A stretch of 64,000 nucleotides of DNA from Candidatus Marinacidobacterales bacterium (GTDB lineage: Bacteria > Acidobacteriota > Vicinamibacteria > Marinacidobacterales > SMYC01): positions 3,200,001 through 3,264,000 of the forward strand of contig OZ250169.1 in the NCBI GenBank assembly GCA_965237955.1, read 5' to 3'. Below the pieces are notes generated by a model. It was not told where the DNA came from. It was given only the letters and a program-made list of their open reading frames with translations, and did not search any database. The position numbers and the translations under genes are program-made. Of the stretch, positions 10,575-21,504 are shown in pieces (positions within the stretch are counted from its first letter, which is position 1; every line of letters starts with the position of its first letter).

Positions 10575-12899
10575 CTAGAAGAAGCGAAGCGAATACGTGA
10601 ACTTTATCCCGCGACCGATCTCCGGCGCGAACGCCTTGATGAAGTTCGTGTGCATCCGGTAGAGCTCGTTCGTCAAGTTGTACGCGTTCACCACGAAGAT
10701 GTGCGCCTGGTGAGTTCGAGCGAGCGTGTACTGTGCTTTGACGTTCAAAACGGCGTAGCCGTCGGTCGGAGTTTCACCGACGCTGAAGATCTTGTCTTGT
10801 GTCGCCGACCACACGAGCCCCGGTGTGATCGCGAACGCGCCAAAGGGCATCTCCGCCTCGATGCGGCCATGGAACGGTGGGATCTGAGGCACGTGCTCGT
10901 CGATGTCGGTCAACTTCGCGTTCACGAGACCGAAGCCGGCTTTGATCCATAGAAATCGCGCGAGGCGAAAGTTGGCCTGAGCGTCGAAGCCGACGAATCG
11001 CGCGGCATCCTGTTCCATTTTCGCCAACCGGAGACCGTCCACGATCTCGTCCTGGAACGACCAGAACATGAAGTTGTCGATGTCGTAGTAGAAAAAATTA
11101 AAGTCGGCGTCGACAGTGTTCGTCCGCCCTTTGACGCCGAGGTCGAGGCCGTTGATACGCTCGTTGCCGAGCGTCGAATCACCGACTTCGAAGGCGAGGT
11201 TGCCGACGTGACGACCGAAGCTGTAGAGCTCTTCGAGTGCGGGAGGCCGGTACGAGCTCGTCAAGTTACCCACGAAAGCGGCTGAGCTCGTCAAGTCGTA
11301 GCGGAGCCCGAACGAGCCCGAAACTCCGGTGAACGAGCGCGGGATGGCGGGCGGTGGTTCCCCTTCGTCGCGGTGACCCGCCTCGCCTTCGACGATCGCC
11401 CGCGGATCGGGGTCGTAGTCGTTGTGCTCGACGCGCGCACCGAACGAGAGGGTAAGGGCGGGTCCAACGGTGAGTTCTTCGTAGCCGAAGCCAGCGAACG
11501 CATTGTGTTTCGTGCGCGGCGCGAGCGCCTCGGCCCCGATCACGTCGTAGTCGCGGTTTTTGTACCAAATACCAAAGCGCCCGGTTAGTTTCGTCGTCCT
11601 TGCCTGCTCGAGCTCCGCTCGGAGGAGATAGATGTCGTTTTTGAATTGGGTTCCGATGGATTCGATGCCTTGGTCGATCTCGATCTCTTCGTGGTTCCAG
11701 TCGACCCGCTGGAAGGTCACGCGAGCTGATTCGAGAACAGTGGTGTTCATCTCCTGAAGACCGAAATCGAGGCGGAGGTTCTGCCGCCGCTGTTCGTTGT
11801 CGATGAAGAACTCGTCTTCCTCGTGAGGGGCGTGGAGCTCGCCGACTCCCGGAATGCCGAAGCGTCCGTCTTCGATGCCGTAGGCGGCGGCGAAAAACGC
11901 GCGGGGCCCGTAGTATCCGGCGCCGACGTTACCGTTGGCCAACTCCGAAGAGGAGTTTTCGATCGTGCCTTCAGGTGTATCGTAGTCGTTGGTCTTACGT
12001 GCGCCCCCGCCCCCCCAGGCCATCCAGCGACCACTGCCGTAGCGAAAATTGGCGTTGCCGCCGAGTTGCGCGTTGGCGGTGCCTGCATCGAACACCACCT
12101 GACCTCTGAGGCCTTGCGGCTGCGAGCGACGAAAACTGTCTTGCGGGCTGATCGCGTTCACGACGCCTCCGACCGCGTTCGATCCGTACAGAAGCGTTGC
12201 CGGGCCTTTAACGATCTCGATCCGCTCCAGGTTCGCCGGGTCGATGGTGACGTTGTGGTCCGCCGATTGGCTTGAAAGGTCACCGGTGCGTGTACCATCG
12301 TTCATGATGAGCACACGGTCGTTATCGAAGCCGCGTATGATCGGTCGGCTCGGGGCTGGACCGAAGCTCCTCTTGGCCACCCCCGCTTCGTTCTGGAGCG
12401 CCTCACCGATGTTGCCCCACATGTCCTTCGAAAGTTCGAACGAATCGAGCGTGGTGACGGCGTTGAACTGTTCGAGCGCCGTCGACCCGCCCCGAGTGCT
12501 CGTGGTGACGGTTACTTGCTCATGGATGGGCGAGAGCGAAAGCGTGACCGAGAGCTCGACGGTTTCGTCCGGTCCCACGGTGACGTCCTGACGCTCGCCG
12601 ATTAGATGCTCGCGCTCGACGAGCAATCGGTAGGTTCCGGTCGGCACGTTCGAAATCGTGAAGCTTCCGTCGCTTTCGGTCGCTGTGAATTGACCGAGGC
12701 CGATCAGGAGCACGACCGCTCCGTGCACGGGATCTCCCGTCGCTTCGAGCGTGACGGTACCGGTCACGCTGCCGGTTCCCTGCCCGGCGACGTTGGCGCC
12801 GAAGCCAAGCGACAAACACGCCGATAAAAAACCAGTCGAAAACTTCACGAAACGACTCCCTGTTCGTGCTGAGATGCGATCGTTGAAACATTGGCTCAC
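10575..12899 (-). CDS. TonB-dependent receptor (ZnuD-like metal uptake type) with N-terminal carboxypeptidase-regulatory-like domain
   Basis: FGPAPSRPIIRGFDNDRV plug, RIEIVKGPATLLYGSNAVGGVVN, NLTNELY...GRGIKFTYSLRFF with C-terminal Phe. Confidence 0.92.
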   Translation of the reverse strand: MSQCFNDRISARTGSRFVKFSTGFLSACLSLGFGANVAGQGTGSVTGTVTLEATGDPVHGAVVLLIGLGQFTATESDGSFTISNVPTGTYRLLVEREHLIGERQDVTVGPDETVELSVTLSLSPIHEQVTVTTSTRGGSTALEQFNAVTTLDSFELSKDMWGNIGEALQNEAGVAKRSFGPAPSRPIIRGFDNDRVLIMNDGTRTGDLSSQSADHNVTIDPANLERIEIVKGPATLLYGSNAVGGVVNAISPQDSFRRSQPQGLRGQVVFDAGTANAQLGGNANFRYGSGRWMAWGGGGARKTNDYDTPEGTIENSSSELANGNVGAGYYGPRAFFAAAYGIEDGRFGIPGVGELHAPHEEDEFFIDNEQRRQNLRLDFGLQEMNTTVLESARVTFQRVDWNHEEIEIDQGIESIGTQFKNDIYLLRAELEQARTTKLTGRFGIWYKNRDYDVIGAEALAPRTKHNAFAGFGYEELTVGPALTLSFGARVEHNDYDPDPRAIVEGEAGHRDEGEPPPAIPRSFTGVSGSFGLRYDLTSSAAFVGNLTSSYRPPALEELYSFGRHVGNLAFEVGDSTLGNERINGLDLGVKGRTNTVDADFNFFYYDIDNFMFWSFQDEIVDGLRLAKMEQDAARFVGFDAQANFRLARFLWIKAGFGLVNAKLTDIDEHVPQIPPFHGRIEAEMPFGAFAITPGLVWSATQDKIFSVGETPTDGYAVLNVKAQYTLARTHQAHIFVVNAYNLTNELYRMHTNFIKAFAPEIGRGIKFTYSLRFF

Positions 12900-12928
12900 G
12901 AGAAAAGCAAGCCTTTACGGAGAGGGAG

Positions 12929-13216
12929 CTAGGCGGGAGGGGCTCGCGGCGATCCGGACTCGATGACCGGAGCCCGCGTGTGCAACACCCGGCAGCCGGG
13001 CGTCGGAGAGGTCAGGGCCAGCGGCGGCTCGGCAACGAGCTTTGCCAATAGCTCCGTGAGTGGTTTTTGACCTGCCTTACAAACGAGGCAATCGATGTCG
13101 TCGCTTTTGCCTTCGTCGTGTGGCATGAGCGAAGCGGTGGTGACCGCTAACGCCGCGAAGCCAACTAGCAGTACCAGCCACCGCGGGAACCGCCGAAACT
13201 GCGCAAGCAAAGTCAT
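12929..13216 (-). CDS. DUF2946-like (CruR/CutF-type) leader protein
   Basis: N-terminal TM, CxxC (DCLVCK), C-terminal PRAPPA. Lies 29 bp upstream of the TonB receptor. Confidence 0.72.
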   Translation of the reverse strand: MTLLAQFRRFPRWLVLLVGFAALAVTTASLMPHDEGKSDDIDCLVCKAGQKPLTELLAKLVAEPPLALTSPTPGCRVLHTRAPVIESGSPRAPPA

Positions 13217-13289
13217 GATTGGCCTACACCTGTTCTTACTTTCTTAGATATCGAAGCTACCACGCGGCCCGCGGCGCCGCAAGGAGGGT

Positions 13290-13665
13290 TCACTCCTTCC
13301 GTACAACAGCCTGGATGCCAAGTTTGACGTTGCCATCGGTCGTTAGCGTCAGCGGAACGCTCTCGTCCTCCTGCAGGGGTCGCTTCAGCTCCACGAGCAG
13401 CAGGTGCACGCCGTCGGGTCCCATGGTCAGCTTTCCATAGGCGGGTACGGTGAGCTCGGGCACGGCCTTCGCTTCGCCATCGCCGGTTTTACGAAATTCC
13501 ACCTTGCCCGCCACATCGGAGGCGGCCGACACCAGGTAGACGTCGTACATGGTCGGGTTCCTCCGCGGTGGCTTCTTGCCCGCCGGCACTCCCGTGCGCT
13601 CCCACCAGGAGCGTCATGATGACCACCACCCCAAGCCCGACCACCCCACTCATGATTCGACGCAT
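13290..13665 (-). pseudogene. Copper chaperone PCu(A)C, internally deleted/frameshifted
   Basis: Signal peptide MRRIMSGVV... then NPTMYDVYLVSAASDVAGKVE...LTMGPDGVHLLLVELKRPLQEDESVPLTL in another frame. Confidence 0.75.
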
Positions 13666-13727
13666 ACGTGCCTCCCGGAGAGGTCTTCCGTTTTTCTGCT
13701 GCATCTTGCAAGGGAAGAAGGACTACT

Positions 13728-14632
13728 ATGGCTGAAACGGACGCACCACCCGCTCGCGAAAACGGTGGCACTGACACTGACATGGACATGAGCTTTCTCC
13801 AGTTCTGGTGGATCTTCCCGGCTGCGATCGTGTTCTCGACCGTCGCCATCGGCTCCGGAGTTTCGGGCGCTCTGTTCTTCAGTCCTTTTTTCATGCTCGT
13901 CGTGGGCCTGAGCCCGGTGCAGGCCGTTGGAGCCGGCCTCATGACCGAAGTTTTCGGCATGGGTAACGGACTCCGCGCTTACGTCGCCGCGAAACTGGTG
14001 GACTACGCAACCGCTCGCTGGCTCCTGGCAGGTGCAGTCCCCGGTATTATCGTGGGGGCTTTCGCGGCCGAAGCCATCGACGATCGAATTCTCAAGGCGA
14101 TCTTCGGGGTCGGCCTCCTCGTGCTCGCGGGATTCCTCATTCTTGTGCGAACACCCGAGGAGTGCGAGCCGGGCGACCGCCCCTCGGAGCTCATCGACCG
14201 CAAATCCGTAGGCAAGGGTGCCACGGAGATCCGTGCCAAGGACGGGTCGATATATACGTACCCGACCTGCTGGCGGCCTCCGGGAGTCATACTCGCCGCC
14301 CTGGGTGGGGTCCTGACGGGTATGATCAGCGCTGGTCTCCCCGAGATCTCGACGACCAGCTCGTGGCCCGCTGCCGCGTCCCGGCCCGGGTCGCCATCGC
14401 CACGAGCGTGTTTACGCTCGCCATCGTGGCCGCCATTGGCGCTGCCGTTCACGCCATGAACGCTGAGCCGGTCTGGGAAGTCGTCGCATGGAGCATTCCG
14501 GGCGTCCTTGTTGGAAGTACGCTCGGAAGCCGTGTCGGGAAGTTCCTTCCAGGCAAGCTCATGGAAAAAGCGCTCGGAATCATTTTCGCGCTTGTCGGAG
14601 CTCTGGTGCTCGTCCTCGAGTTCTGGACGTGA
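13728..14632 (+). pseudogene. TauE/SafE sulfite-exporter family membrane protein (frameshift ~14357)
   Basis: GVSGALFFSP...AVGAGL...TGMISAG then ARVAIATSVF in a shifted frame. Adding one C at ACGACCAG restores TTQLV. Confidence 0.8.
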
Positions 14633-14699
14633 ACGCGGCCCCGGTGCAGACATTCACAGCTCCTGTTCGATTCGCGCGGTATGCTGCAGGAGGAAAAGC

Positions 14700-16259
14700 A
14701 TGAGCAGGTTGACCCCCGTGGACGAGGCGCAAACCGATACTTTTCGAATCGATCCGTGGGACGAGCACAACCAGCGGACTGCTTCGAACGTTCGCCCGAG
14801 CGATTGGGTGAACCCGCAGCCGAAGGGCCGGTACAACCTCGTCGTGCTCGGAGCCGGCACCGCCGGGCTCGTCTCGGCCATTGGAGCCGCTGGTCTCGGT
14901 GCCGAAGTCGCTCTCGTCGAGAAACACCTCTTGGGTGGTGACTGTCTCAACGTCGGTTGCGTGCCCTCGAAAGCGCTCATCCGCGCCGGTCGCGCTGCGG
15001 CCGACGTTCGCGGGGCGGGCAAACTCGGTGTTCGGGTTGAAGGGGACGTCGAGGTCGATTTCCCGGCGGTCATGGAGAGGATGCGCCGACTGCGTGCACG
15101 CATCAGCGCCGCCGACTCGGCTCATCGTTTCAAGGAAGCGGGTGTCGACGTGTTCATCGGGTCGGGAGAGCTCGTGGATACGAACCGCCTGCGCGTCGGC
15201 GGAGAAACGCTCGAGTTCGCGAAGGCGGTCGTCGCGACCGGCGGCCGCGCCGCCGCGCCGCCCATCGAGGGCCTCGAAGAGACGGGCTATTTGACGAATG
15301 AAACCGTCTTCTCGCTTACGGAGCTTCCTCGAAGGCTTCTCGTGATCGGCGCCGGCCCCATCGGCGTCGAGCTCTCGCAAGCGTTCGCTCGTTTCGGAGC
15401 GAGCGTGCATCTGCTCGAAGCCGCGAACCAGATCTTGATCCGCGAGGACCGGGATGCGGCCGACCGAGTGGCAAAAGCGCTTCGACGCGATGGCGTCGAG
15501 ATCGTCTCGGCCTGCAAGATCGGACGAGTCTTTCGGCAAAGCCGTGAGAAAGTCGTCGAGCTCGAGTGTGGCGGCGAGCACCGCGCGGTGACGGTCGACG
15601 AAATCCTCGTCGCCGTGGGCCGGGCGCCGAACGTCGAGGGGATCGGTCTCGAAGCTGCCGGCGTCGACTACGATCCACGAAAAGGCATCGTTGTCGACGA
15701 CTATCTGCGAACCACGAATCCGAAGATTTTCGCGGCCGGGGATTGTTGTTTCCAGTACAAGTTCACCCACACCGCGGATGCCCTGGCGCGCATCGTCATC
15801 CAGAACGCCCTCTTTAATTTTCCCTTCATGAAGAAGAAGGCAAGCGCTCTGACCATACCCTGGTGTACCTATACCGACCCGGAAATCGCCCACGTGGGCA
15901 TGTACGAAAAGGACGCCCGCGAGAAGGGAATGTCCGTACGGACGATCGTGCAGGAGTTGAACGATGTCGATCGCGCCATCCTCGACGGCGAAGACGAAGG
16001 TTTCGTCAAAGTGCACGTCAAAGACGGCACCGACCAGATTCTCGGCGCCACGATCGTCGCGGCGCACGCGGGCGATATGATCAGTGAGCTGACGCTCGCC
16101 ATGAACGCAGGCGCGGGTCTCGGCACCATCGCGAGCACCATCCACCCCTACCCGACGCAGGCAGAAGCCATCAAGAAAGCCGGGGACGCCTTCAACCGCA
16201 CGCGGCTGACCCCGACGGTCAAACGGATCTTCGAGCGGTGGCTCGCCTGGACGAGATGA
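14700..16259 (+). CDS. Pyridine nucleotide-disulfide oxidoreductase (mercuric-reductase-like / Lpd family)
   Basis: GAGTAG, GGDCLNVGCVPSK redox motif, GAGPIG, HPYPTQAE. AGGAGG RBS before the ATG at 14700. Confidence 0.9.
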   Translation: MSRLTPVDEAQTDTFRIDPWDEHNQRTASNVRPSDWVNPQPKGRYNLVVLGAGTAGLVSAIGAAGLGAEVALVEKHLLGGDCLNVGCVPSKALIRAGRAAADVRGAGKLGVRVEGDVEVDFPAVMERMRRLRARISAADSAHRFKEAGVDVFIGSGELVDTNRLRVGGETLEFAKAVVATGGRAAAPPIEGLEETGYLTNETVFSLTELPRRLLVIGAGPIGVELSQAFARFGASVHLLEAANQILIREDRDAADRVAKALRRDGVEIVSACKIGRVFRQSREKVVELECGGEHRAVTVDEILVAVGRAPNVEGIGLEAAGVDYDPRKGIVVDDYLRTTNPKIFAAGDCCFQYKFTHTADALARIVIQNALFNFPFMKKKASALTIPWCTYTDPEIAHVGMYEKDAREKGMSVRTIVQELNDVDRAILDGEDEGFVKVHVKDGTDQILGATIVAAHAGDMISELTLAMNAGAGLGTIASTIHPYPTQAEAIKKAGDAFNRTRLTPTVKRIFERWLAWTR

Positions 16260-16269
16260 TGTGAGGGAG

Positions 16270-16370
16270 ATGAAACCCGCAGTAACCTCCGCGACCTCGG
16301 ATCTGGATCAGCTGTCGGTCAACACCATCCGTACGCTGGCCGTGGACATCGTGCAGCAAGCGGGCTCGGG
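16270..16370 (+). pseudogene. tkt: Transketolase 5' fragment
   Basis: MKPAVTSATSDLDQLSVNTIRTLAVDIVQQAGSG (canonical N-terminus up to the SGHPG motif), cut next to the ISAzo13 end. Confidence 0.8.
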
Positions 16371-16384
16371 CGAATCTTTCTTCT

Positions 16385-18160
16385 TAGGGCCGGCGACAAA
16401 ATAAGTTCCCGTTTTCAAGACGGTCGGATGGTGTAGTTCCATTTGGGTAGAGTCTGGTCCTTTGTAACGGAAAGCGCCTGCATCCGCTCGTCAGTGATTT
16501 TGACGCCCTTCGGATAACGACGCCGGATAAGGTGTGCGCGTACTCGCAAACCGGAAGAGGTGGTGGTCGTGCGGATGTATTTGAGGATGGTTTCGTAGCT
16601 GTCGAGAGGCCTGCCCGCCCAGTTCTTGCTGATCTCGCTGAACAGACGGTGCTCCACTGGATTCCACTTGGATGTACCGGACGGATAGTGGGCTATGGTG
16701 ATAGCGATGTCGTGGCGATTGCAAATCCGCGTTTGAAGCCCGTGCTTCCAACCCCGACACCGATAGCCATTGCTGCCCCCGGCGTCTGCCAATATCGCGA
16801 GGTCACGGGCTGCAGGATAGCGTCGCCGTCCTTCCGTTCGCCACCACTTCTCGATGGCATTCACGGCGAAGTCCGGGGTGTTGTACGAGGTACCAATGAA
16901 CACTGTCCCGCGGTTCGCGAGCAGATCGTAGACGCCGTAGGGGATTGCGATGCCGTTCGATTCGGAACGGAAGTCATGGTCTTTGACGAGAGTCGGCTCA
17001 CGGTTCCAGGCCTGCCCGCCGTTTTTGAATAATTCCACCAGCTCCCGTTTCTTCGTGTCTACGCTGATGATGGGATGACCAGCTGCGGCAAAACGCTCGC
17101 GCAGTTCGGCGATACACGCGAATTGGGTATCGCGATCTTCGGACGTGGCACCGCACAGCTTCTTGTGGTTCACCCGCAACGAGAAGCCGAGCTGTTTGAG
17201 CAGTCGACCGACGGTTTTGCTGCTGACGTTCACACCGAGGCTTCTTAGCTCGCAAGCAATCTTGTCGGTGGTCCGCCGCGTCCATTTCACTCCCGTCATC
17301 GGATCGCCCGCGGTGTCGTGCTTCATGAGTTCTTCGATCTTGGCGATGACTTCTGGCGTTTTTTTTGCACGGCGCGCCGTCCGCCACCCTTTCGCCGAAC
17401 TCCGTCGAGCTCAACATCTCTCATTAGGAATTCCCTACGACCTCTGGCTACCGTGCTCGGATCCATCCCGAGCAGTTCGGCAATCTGTTGGTCGCCACCG
17501 TGACCGAGCTTCATGGCCTCGACTCCCGCGTAGAGACGGCGCTGCTTTTCATCGAGCAGGCTGTAGAAAAGAACGATCGCAGCCTTCAACTCCACGGGGA
17601 GCACGCGGACTCCCCCGACCCAGCCCAACGTGGAAGGTGACGCCTCATGTACCTGGCGGGCCGAGAGCTGTTGCTTGCGCGTGCTCACATCGGTGGCCAG
17701 ATACAGATATCGGCCGAACACCTGCTCGCGCGCCAATCTTTTCTCTCGGACCAGTTTCAACAGAGGAGCCTTGACGTCAACCTGCACCACGTCCTCGAGC
17801 TCGTCGACGTAGTAGCCTGCCTCACAGGCCGCGACCAACGCTTTTACCGTCGCAAGCAACGTCCCGTACTTCGAGAACCACACTGAGCGCAACGACCAAA
17901 GACCTTTTCGATCGAACTGGGCGATCTCGTCCAACGTGTAGTAGCTACCACGGTGGGAGTAGCTTGTCCGATACGCCAACTCATTGAGCTTTCGGAAGAC
18001 GGTCGAGTCCACATCGGTACCCAACACTGCCTTCAAATCATCGAGGGTAGCTATTTTGTGCTTCCTCAACAGGCGGTCGAGATCTTCAGACTGATAGCTC
18101 GTAGGTCTCATAATAGGAGAAGTGCTCCTTGATAGGCGTAATCCTCCCTAAAATGAGGAC
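16385..18160 (-). mobile_element. ISAzo13-family element (two ORFs, 17323-18111 and 16415-17366, joined at an A8 run)
   Basis: LDEKQRRLYAG, GDPM...WT, ISVDTKKREL, DHDF, ADAGGSNG, HYPSGTSKWNPVEHRLFS, KWNYTI motifs. Slippery run is plus-strand T8 at 17359-17366. Boundaries approximate. Confidence 0.88.
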
Positions 18161-18517
18161 CGTTTGTCAAACACGCGCTGGTTGCTGAAGATCTACAAAT
18201 GTTCCGTTTCTAGGGAGCGTGCCAGGGGATATCTGTGGATCCGATACAGGTTGCCCAGGAAAAATTGGCATGATCCTGTAATCTTCCAGTGCTGGGCGGT
18301 CTTGGGTTTGGCCTTCAATAACGTCTATACCAACAAAAACCAAAGCAAAAGCCAGGAAGGCCACCAATTGTTAGCGGCGGGCGTAAATTGCACACTTATG
18401 GCGGACGAAAATTGCACACTCGGCCATCCGTAAAAGGAGGCCGTTGTCGTGTGTCTGGAGTGCCAGACATGACGGTGCGCCTTCAATCAGAATGGCGTTT
18501 CCGGAGTGGAGGCGCCG

Positions 18518-19561
18518 ATGTACGGAAGGGAGAAACGAGTGTTACTACGAGAGTATTTGGAGCAGGGAATCAAGAAGGCGGCGCTAGCAGACAAGCTAGG
18601 AATCAGCCGCCGAACGGTCCACCACTGGATAAAGACGGGTCAACTGGACCGAGAGTTGGACGAGGAAACGGTGCGCTACAAGAAGCGTCCGCGGATCGAG
18701 CGCAGGATCGACCCGTACCGGGAGATCCTTCATTCGCGCCTGCACGAGTTCCCGGAGCTGAGTTCAGTACGCCTGCATGATGAGATCCGTGCCGCGGGCT
18801 ATGAAGGCGGCTACACGCAGGTCAAGGAGTACGTGCGGCAGATTCGCCCACAGCCACCGGCGGAGCCGCTGGTGCGTTTCGAGACCCCACCAGGCCACCA
18901 AGCTCAGGTCGATTTTGCACACTTTCGTTTGCCATGGGGTCGTCGGTGGGCACTTCTCGTGGTGCTCGGATACTCGAGGCTGCTATGGCTTCGGTTTTTC
19001 AAGCGACAGGACATGCGGACGTTGTTCGCGGGGCTTGAGCAGGCCTTCCTATTTTTTGGAGGAGTTCCCAAAGAGCTCCTTTTTGACCAGATGCGTTCGG
19101 TCATCGTCGAGGATCACCGCCGGGAAGGTGGCCCTCTCGTTGAGAACCCAGAGTTCGTCCGCTTCGCCCACCACTGGGAGTTTCGAACAAGAGCGTGTCG
19201 CCCGTATCGGGCGAAGACCAAGGGCAAAGTGGAAAGGCCAATCCGCTATGTGAGAGGAAGCTTCTTCTACGGTCGCCACTTTATCAACGATGACGACCTC
19301 GATGCTCAGATCGAGCGTTGGCTGAGTGACGTCGCCAACGTCCGACTCCATCGCACAACCAACGAACGACCGATAGAACGATTCGCGCGCGATGAAAGGG
19401 CCACTCTGAGACCGCTCGTTGAGCGGCCATATCGCTCTCTTGTACTGCCAAACCAACCCGCGAGAAGAACTCCAAAAGCCTGCTTAACCACACTGCCTTC
19501 GATGGATGTCGAGCATCGTCCCCTCGAAGTCTACACGCGGCTCGTTGGAGGTGGACAATGA
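18518..19561 (+). CDS. istA: IS21 transposase IstA
   Basis: N-terminal HTH, RFETPPGHQAQVDF, VLGYSR, FGGVPKELLFDQM, CRPYRAKTKGKVER. Confidence 0.93.
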   Translation: MYGREKRVLLREYLEQGIKKAALADKLGISRRTVHHWIKTGQLDRELDEETVRYKKRPRIERRIDPYREILHSRLHEFPELSSVRLHDEIRAAGYEGGYTQVKEYVRQIRPQPPAEPLVRFETPPGHQAQVDFAHFRLPWGRRWALLVVLGYSRLLWLRFFKRQDMRTLFAGLEQAFLFFGGVPKELLFDQMRSVIVEDHRREGGPLVENPEFVRFAHHWEFRTRACRPYRAKTKGKVERPIRYVRGSFFYGRHFINDDDLDAQIERWLSDVANVRLHRTTNERPIERFARDERATLRPLVERPYRSLVLPNQPARRTPKACLTTLPSMDVEHRPLEVYTRLVGGGQ

Positions 19562-20398
19562 AGGCGAGCACAATATCGCGACGTGAGCAGATCCGTACGA
19601 TGCTGGCCGACCTAAAGATGCCTGGCGCGCTCGAAGCTGTCGACCGCGTACTATCTGATGCCGATGGCGGTGCGGTCACAACGGCGGAGGCCATCGAGAA
19701 CCTTCTTGGAGCGCAGATCACGTTGAGAAACAACCGTCGTCTCCAAGCGGCGATGCGCTCCTCACGACTCCCCGCGGTCAAAACAATCGATGAGTTCGAT
19801 TTTTCGTTCCAGCCATCGATCAAACGCGAGCAGATTGAGAACCTTCACGAGCTCGGGTTCGTTGAACGTAAGGAGAACGTCGTCTTATTGGGACCTCCTG
19901 GTGTGGGCAAAACTCATCTCGCGATTAGTCTTGCCATCGCCGCTGCCCAGAATGGACGGCGCGTCTATTACGGCACCCTGGCTGAGCTCATCACCTCCCT
20001 CGAAGAGGCTCGTGACGCGGGCCGCCTCACTCGTCGACTCGCGGTTCTCAGTTATCCGTCACTGCTTGTTGTCGATGAAATCGGATACCTACCCGTCACC
20101 CAGACCGGCGCGGTGCTTTTTTTCCAGCTCATAAGTAGGCGATACGAGCGCGCTTCGACCGTGCTCACCTCTAACAAAAGTTTCGAGGAATGGGGCGAGA
20201 TCCTTGGCGACGAAGTCATGGCCGCCGCTCTCATCGACCGCATTTCTGCACCACTGCCACCTCGTCAACATCCGAGGAAACAGTTACCGCATGAGAGAGC
20301 ACTCCGAACTGTGGCGAGCGCTCCATCCGGCGGGTTCGGACGAACCTCACCCGCCGGCTAAATCTCATAGGAAATACACGGAGGCGACGGCGTCATAG
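19558..20398 (+). CDS. istB: IS21 helper ATPase IstB (apparent frameshift at ~20243)
   Basis: Walker A GPPGVGKT, Walker B LVVDEIGY, TSNK. An extra T in CGCATTTCTG shifts DRILHH...GNSYR into another frame. Confidence 0.88.
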
Positions 20399-20644
20399 GG
20401 TTCGCCACCCATGGCTCGGGTGTGCAATTTTCATCCGCCATGAATGCGCAGTTTTCGGCCGGCGTTGACACCAATCCAAAAAGTTTCAAATTATGGATTT
20501 TTTTCATCATGTCCTCCTTTCTAATTATTCCTTCTTTTTGTATTCTTTCTTTCCCTCACCTCCTTTTTAGAGGCATGTATCTGCCCCATATGAATTACCA
20601 CTCTATTTATTGTGGCGGAACAAATTCTCGGCGGCGTTTGGTAT

Positions 20645-20784
20645 CGATGTAGGGAGGTGAACGGTTGGGTCCCAACGAGATCCTTGCGCCCATCGGTACT
20701 GGCGACAGGGACTCCCCACTCCAGTCGCGACAGAAATCTTGCCCGGGCAAGATTTCAGCCCGCACCCCAGGTGAGTGAGCGCAC
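20645..20784 (-). ncRNA. Possible group II intron 5' (domain I) remnant
   Basis: Minus strand starts GTGCG at 20784, followed by a structured GC-rich tract (GGGGAGTCCCTGTCGCCAGTA). No RT ORF follows. Confidence 0.4.
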
Positions 20785-20894
20785 GACGTGGAACATCGAG
20801 GGGTTCCACTAACCACTCAAGAAGCTACTTCAGATTCGCAGGCCAAGCGAGAGCACCTCCTGCGATTCGCACAACCACATCCGGCGCGGCTCGC

Positions 20895-21497
20895 TCAAAA
20901 ACACAGGCCTGCGCTGAACGTGAGCTTCAGGTTGCCTCCCCAGAAGGCGTCCTCGGCGACCGCCTCGCGATCTCGAGTCAAGGCGGGGCCGGGATAGCGA
21001 AGCAGCAGGCTGGACACGTCGATCCGCACGAGCGTTCGCTCCGTCGGATAGAGCTCGACCCCACCTCCGAGATCCAGCGCCAGCACGGTTCTGCCCTCCG
21101 CGAGGACGCAGTTGAGCGGCGGAGGAAAGATCGCGATACAGGCAATCGGCTCGGGGGCACTCGAGAAACGGACGAAGCCCGGACGGGCCTTCCCAAAGAC
21201 CGAAAAGCGGTCGTAGCGAGGACCGATCTTGACCCCGAAAAGGCCCTCGAAGCGAGACTCCGTAACGGGAACCCGCTCGAGAATGTTGGAAGGATAGAAG
21301 CTCATCTCGGCTTCAATCGCAAAGAGCGGCGTGGCATGGAAGCCGATTCGCCCTCCGAAGCCGAGATCAGTGGAGTCGAGCTCGTGTTGGAACGTCGTTG
21401 CGAGAATCGCCGCGACCTCGAGGGGGTTTTCCTGGGAACGGACCTCGCTCGCGAAGAGGAACAATAGGGCTGCGACAACCGTGATGATGTTTTTCAT
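20895..21497 (-). CDS. Outer-membrane beta-barrel (OmpA/PorT-like) protein
   Basis: Signal peptide, alternating beta-strand pattern (GFGGRIG, ALDLGGGVE), C-terminal Phe. GGAG RBS. Confidence 0.75.
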   Translation of the reverse strand: MKNIITVVAALLFLFASEVRSQENPLEVAAILATTFQHELDSTDLGFGGRIGFHATPLFAIEAEMSFYPSNILERVPVTESRFEGLFGVKIGPRYDRFSVFGKARPGFVRFSSAPEPIACIAIFPPPLNCVLAEGRTVLALDLGGGVELYPTERTLVRIDVSSLLLRYPGPALTRDREAVAEDAFWGGNLKLTFSAGLCF

Positions 21498-21504
21498 GGT
21501 GGTA

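Larger units (their letters stand above)
18369..20470 (+). mobile_element. IS21-family element with 5-bp target duplication CCAAT
   Basis: TG...CA ends with internally repeated IR units (AAATTGCACA). CCAAT at 18364-18368 and 20471-20475. Carries istA-istB. Confidence 0.95.
18167..20510 (-). pseudogene. Small AT-rich secreted-protein gene fragment interrupted by IS21
   Basis: Removing the IS and one CCAAT joins MMKKIHNLKLFGL to VAFLAFALVFVGIDVIEGQ in frame. AAGGAGG RBS before 20510. Confidence 0.75.

Noticed and set aside
8796-10952. 718-aa ORF as a single real protein
   Set aside because: Only the middle is TPR. The true N-terminus is in another frame, and the tail is antisense to the DUF6356 and TonB receptor genes.
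14700-16259. merA mercuric reductase
   Set aside because: No C-terminal Cys-Cys pair, no N-terminal HMA domain and no mer operon. Called only as a family-level oxidoreductase.
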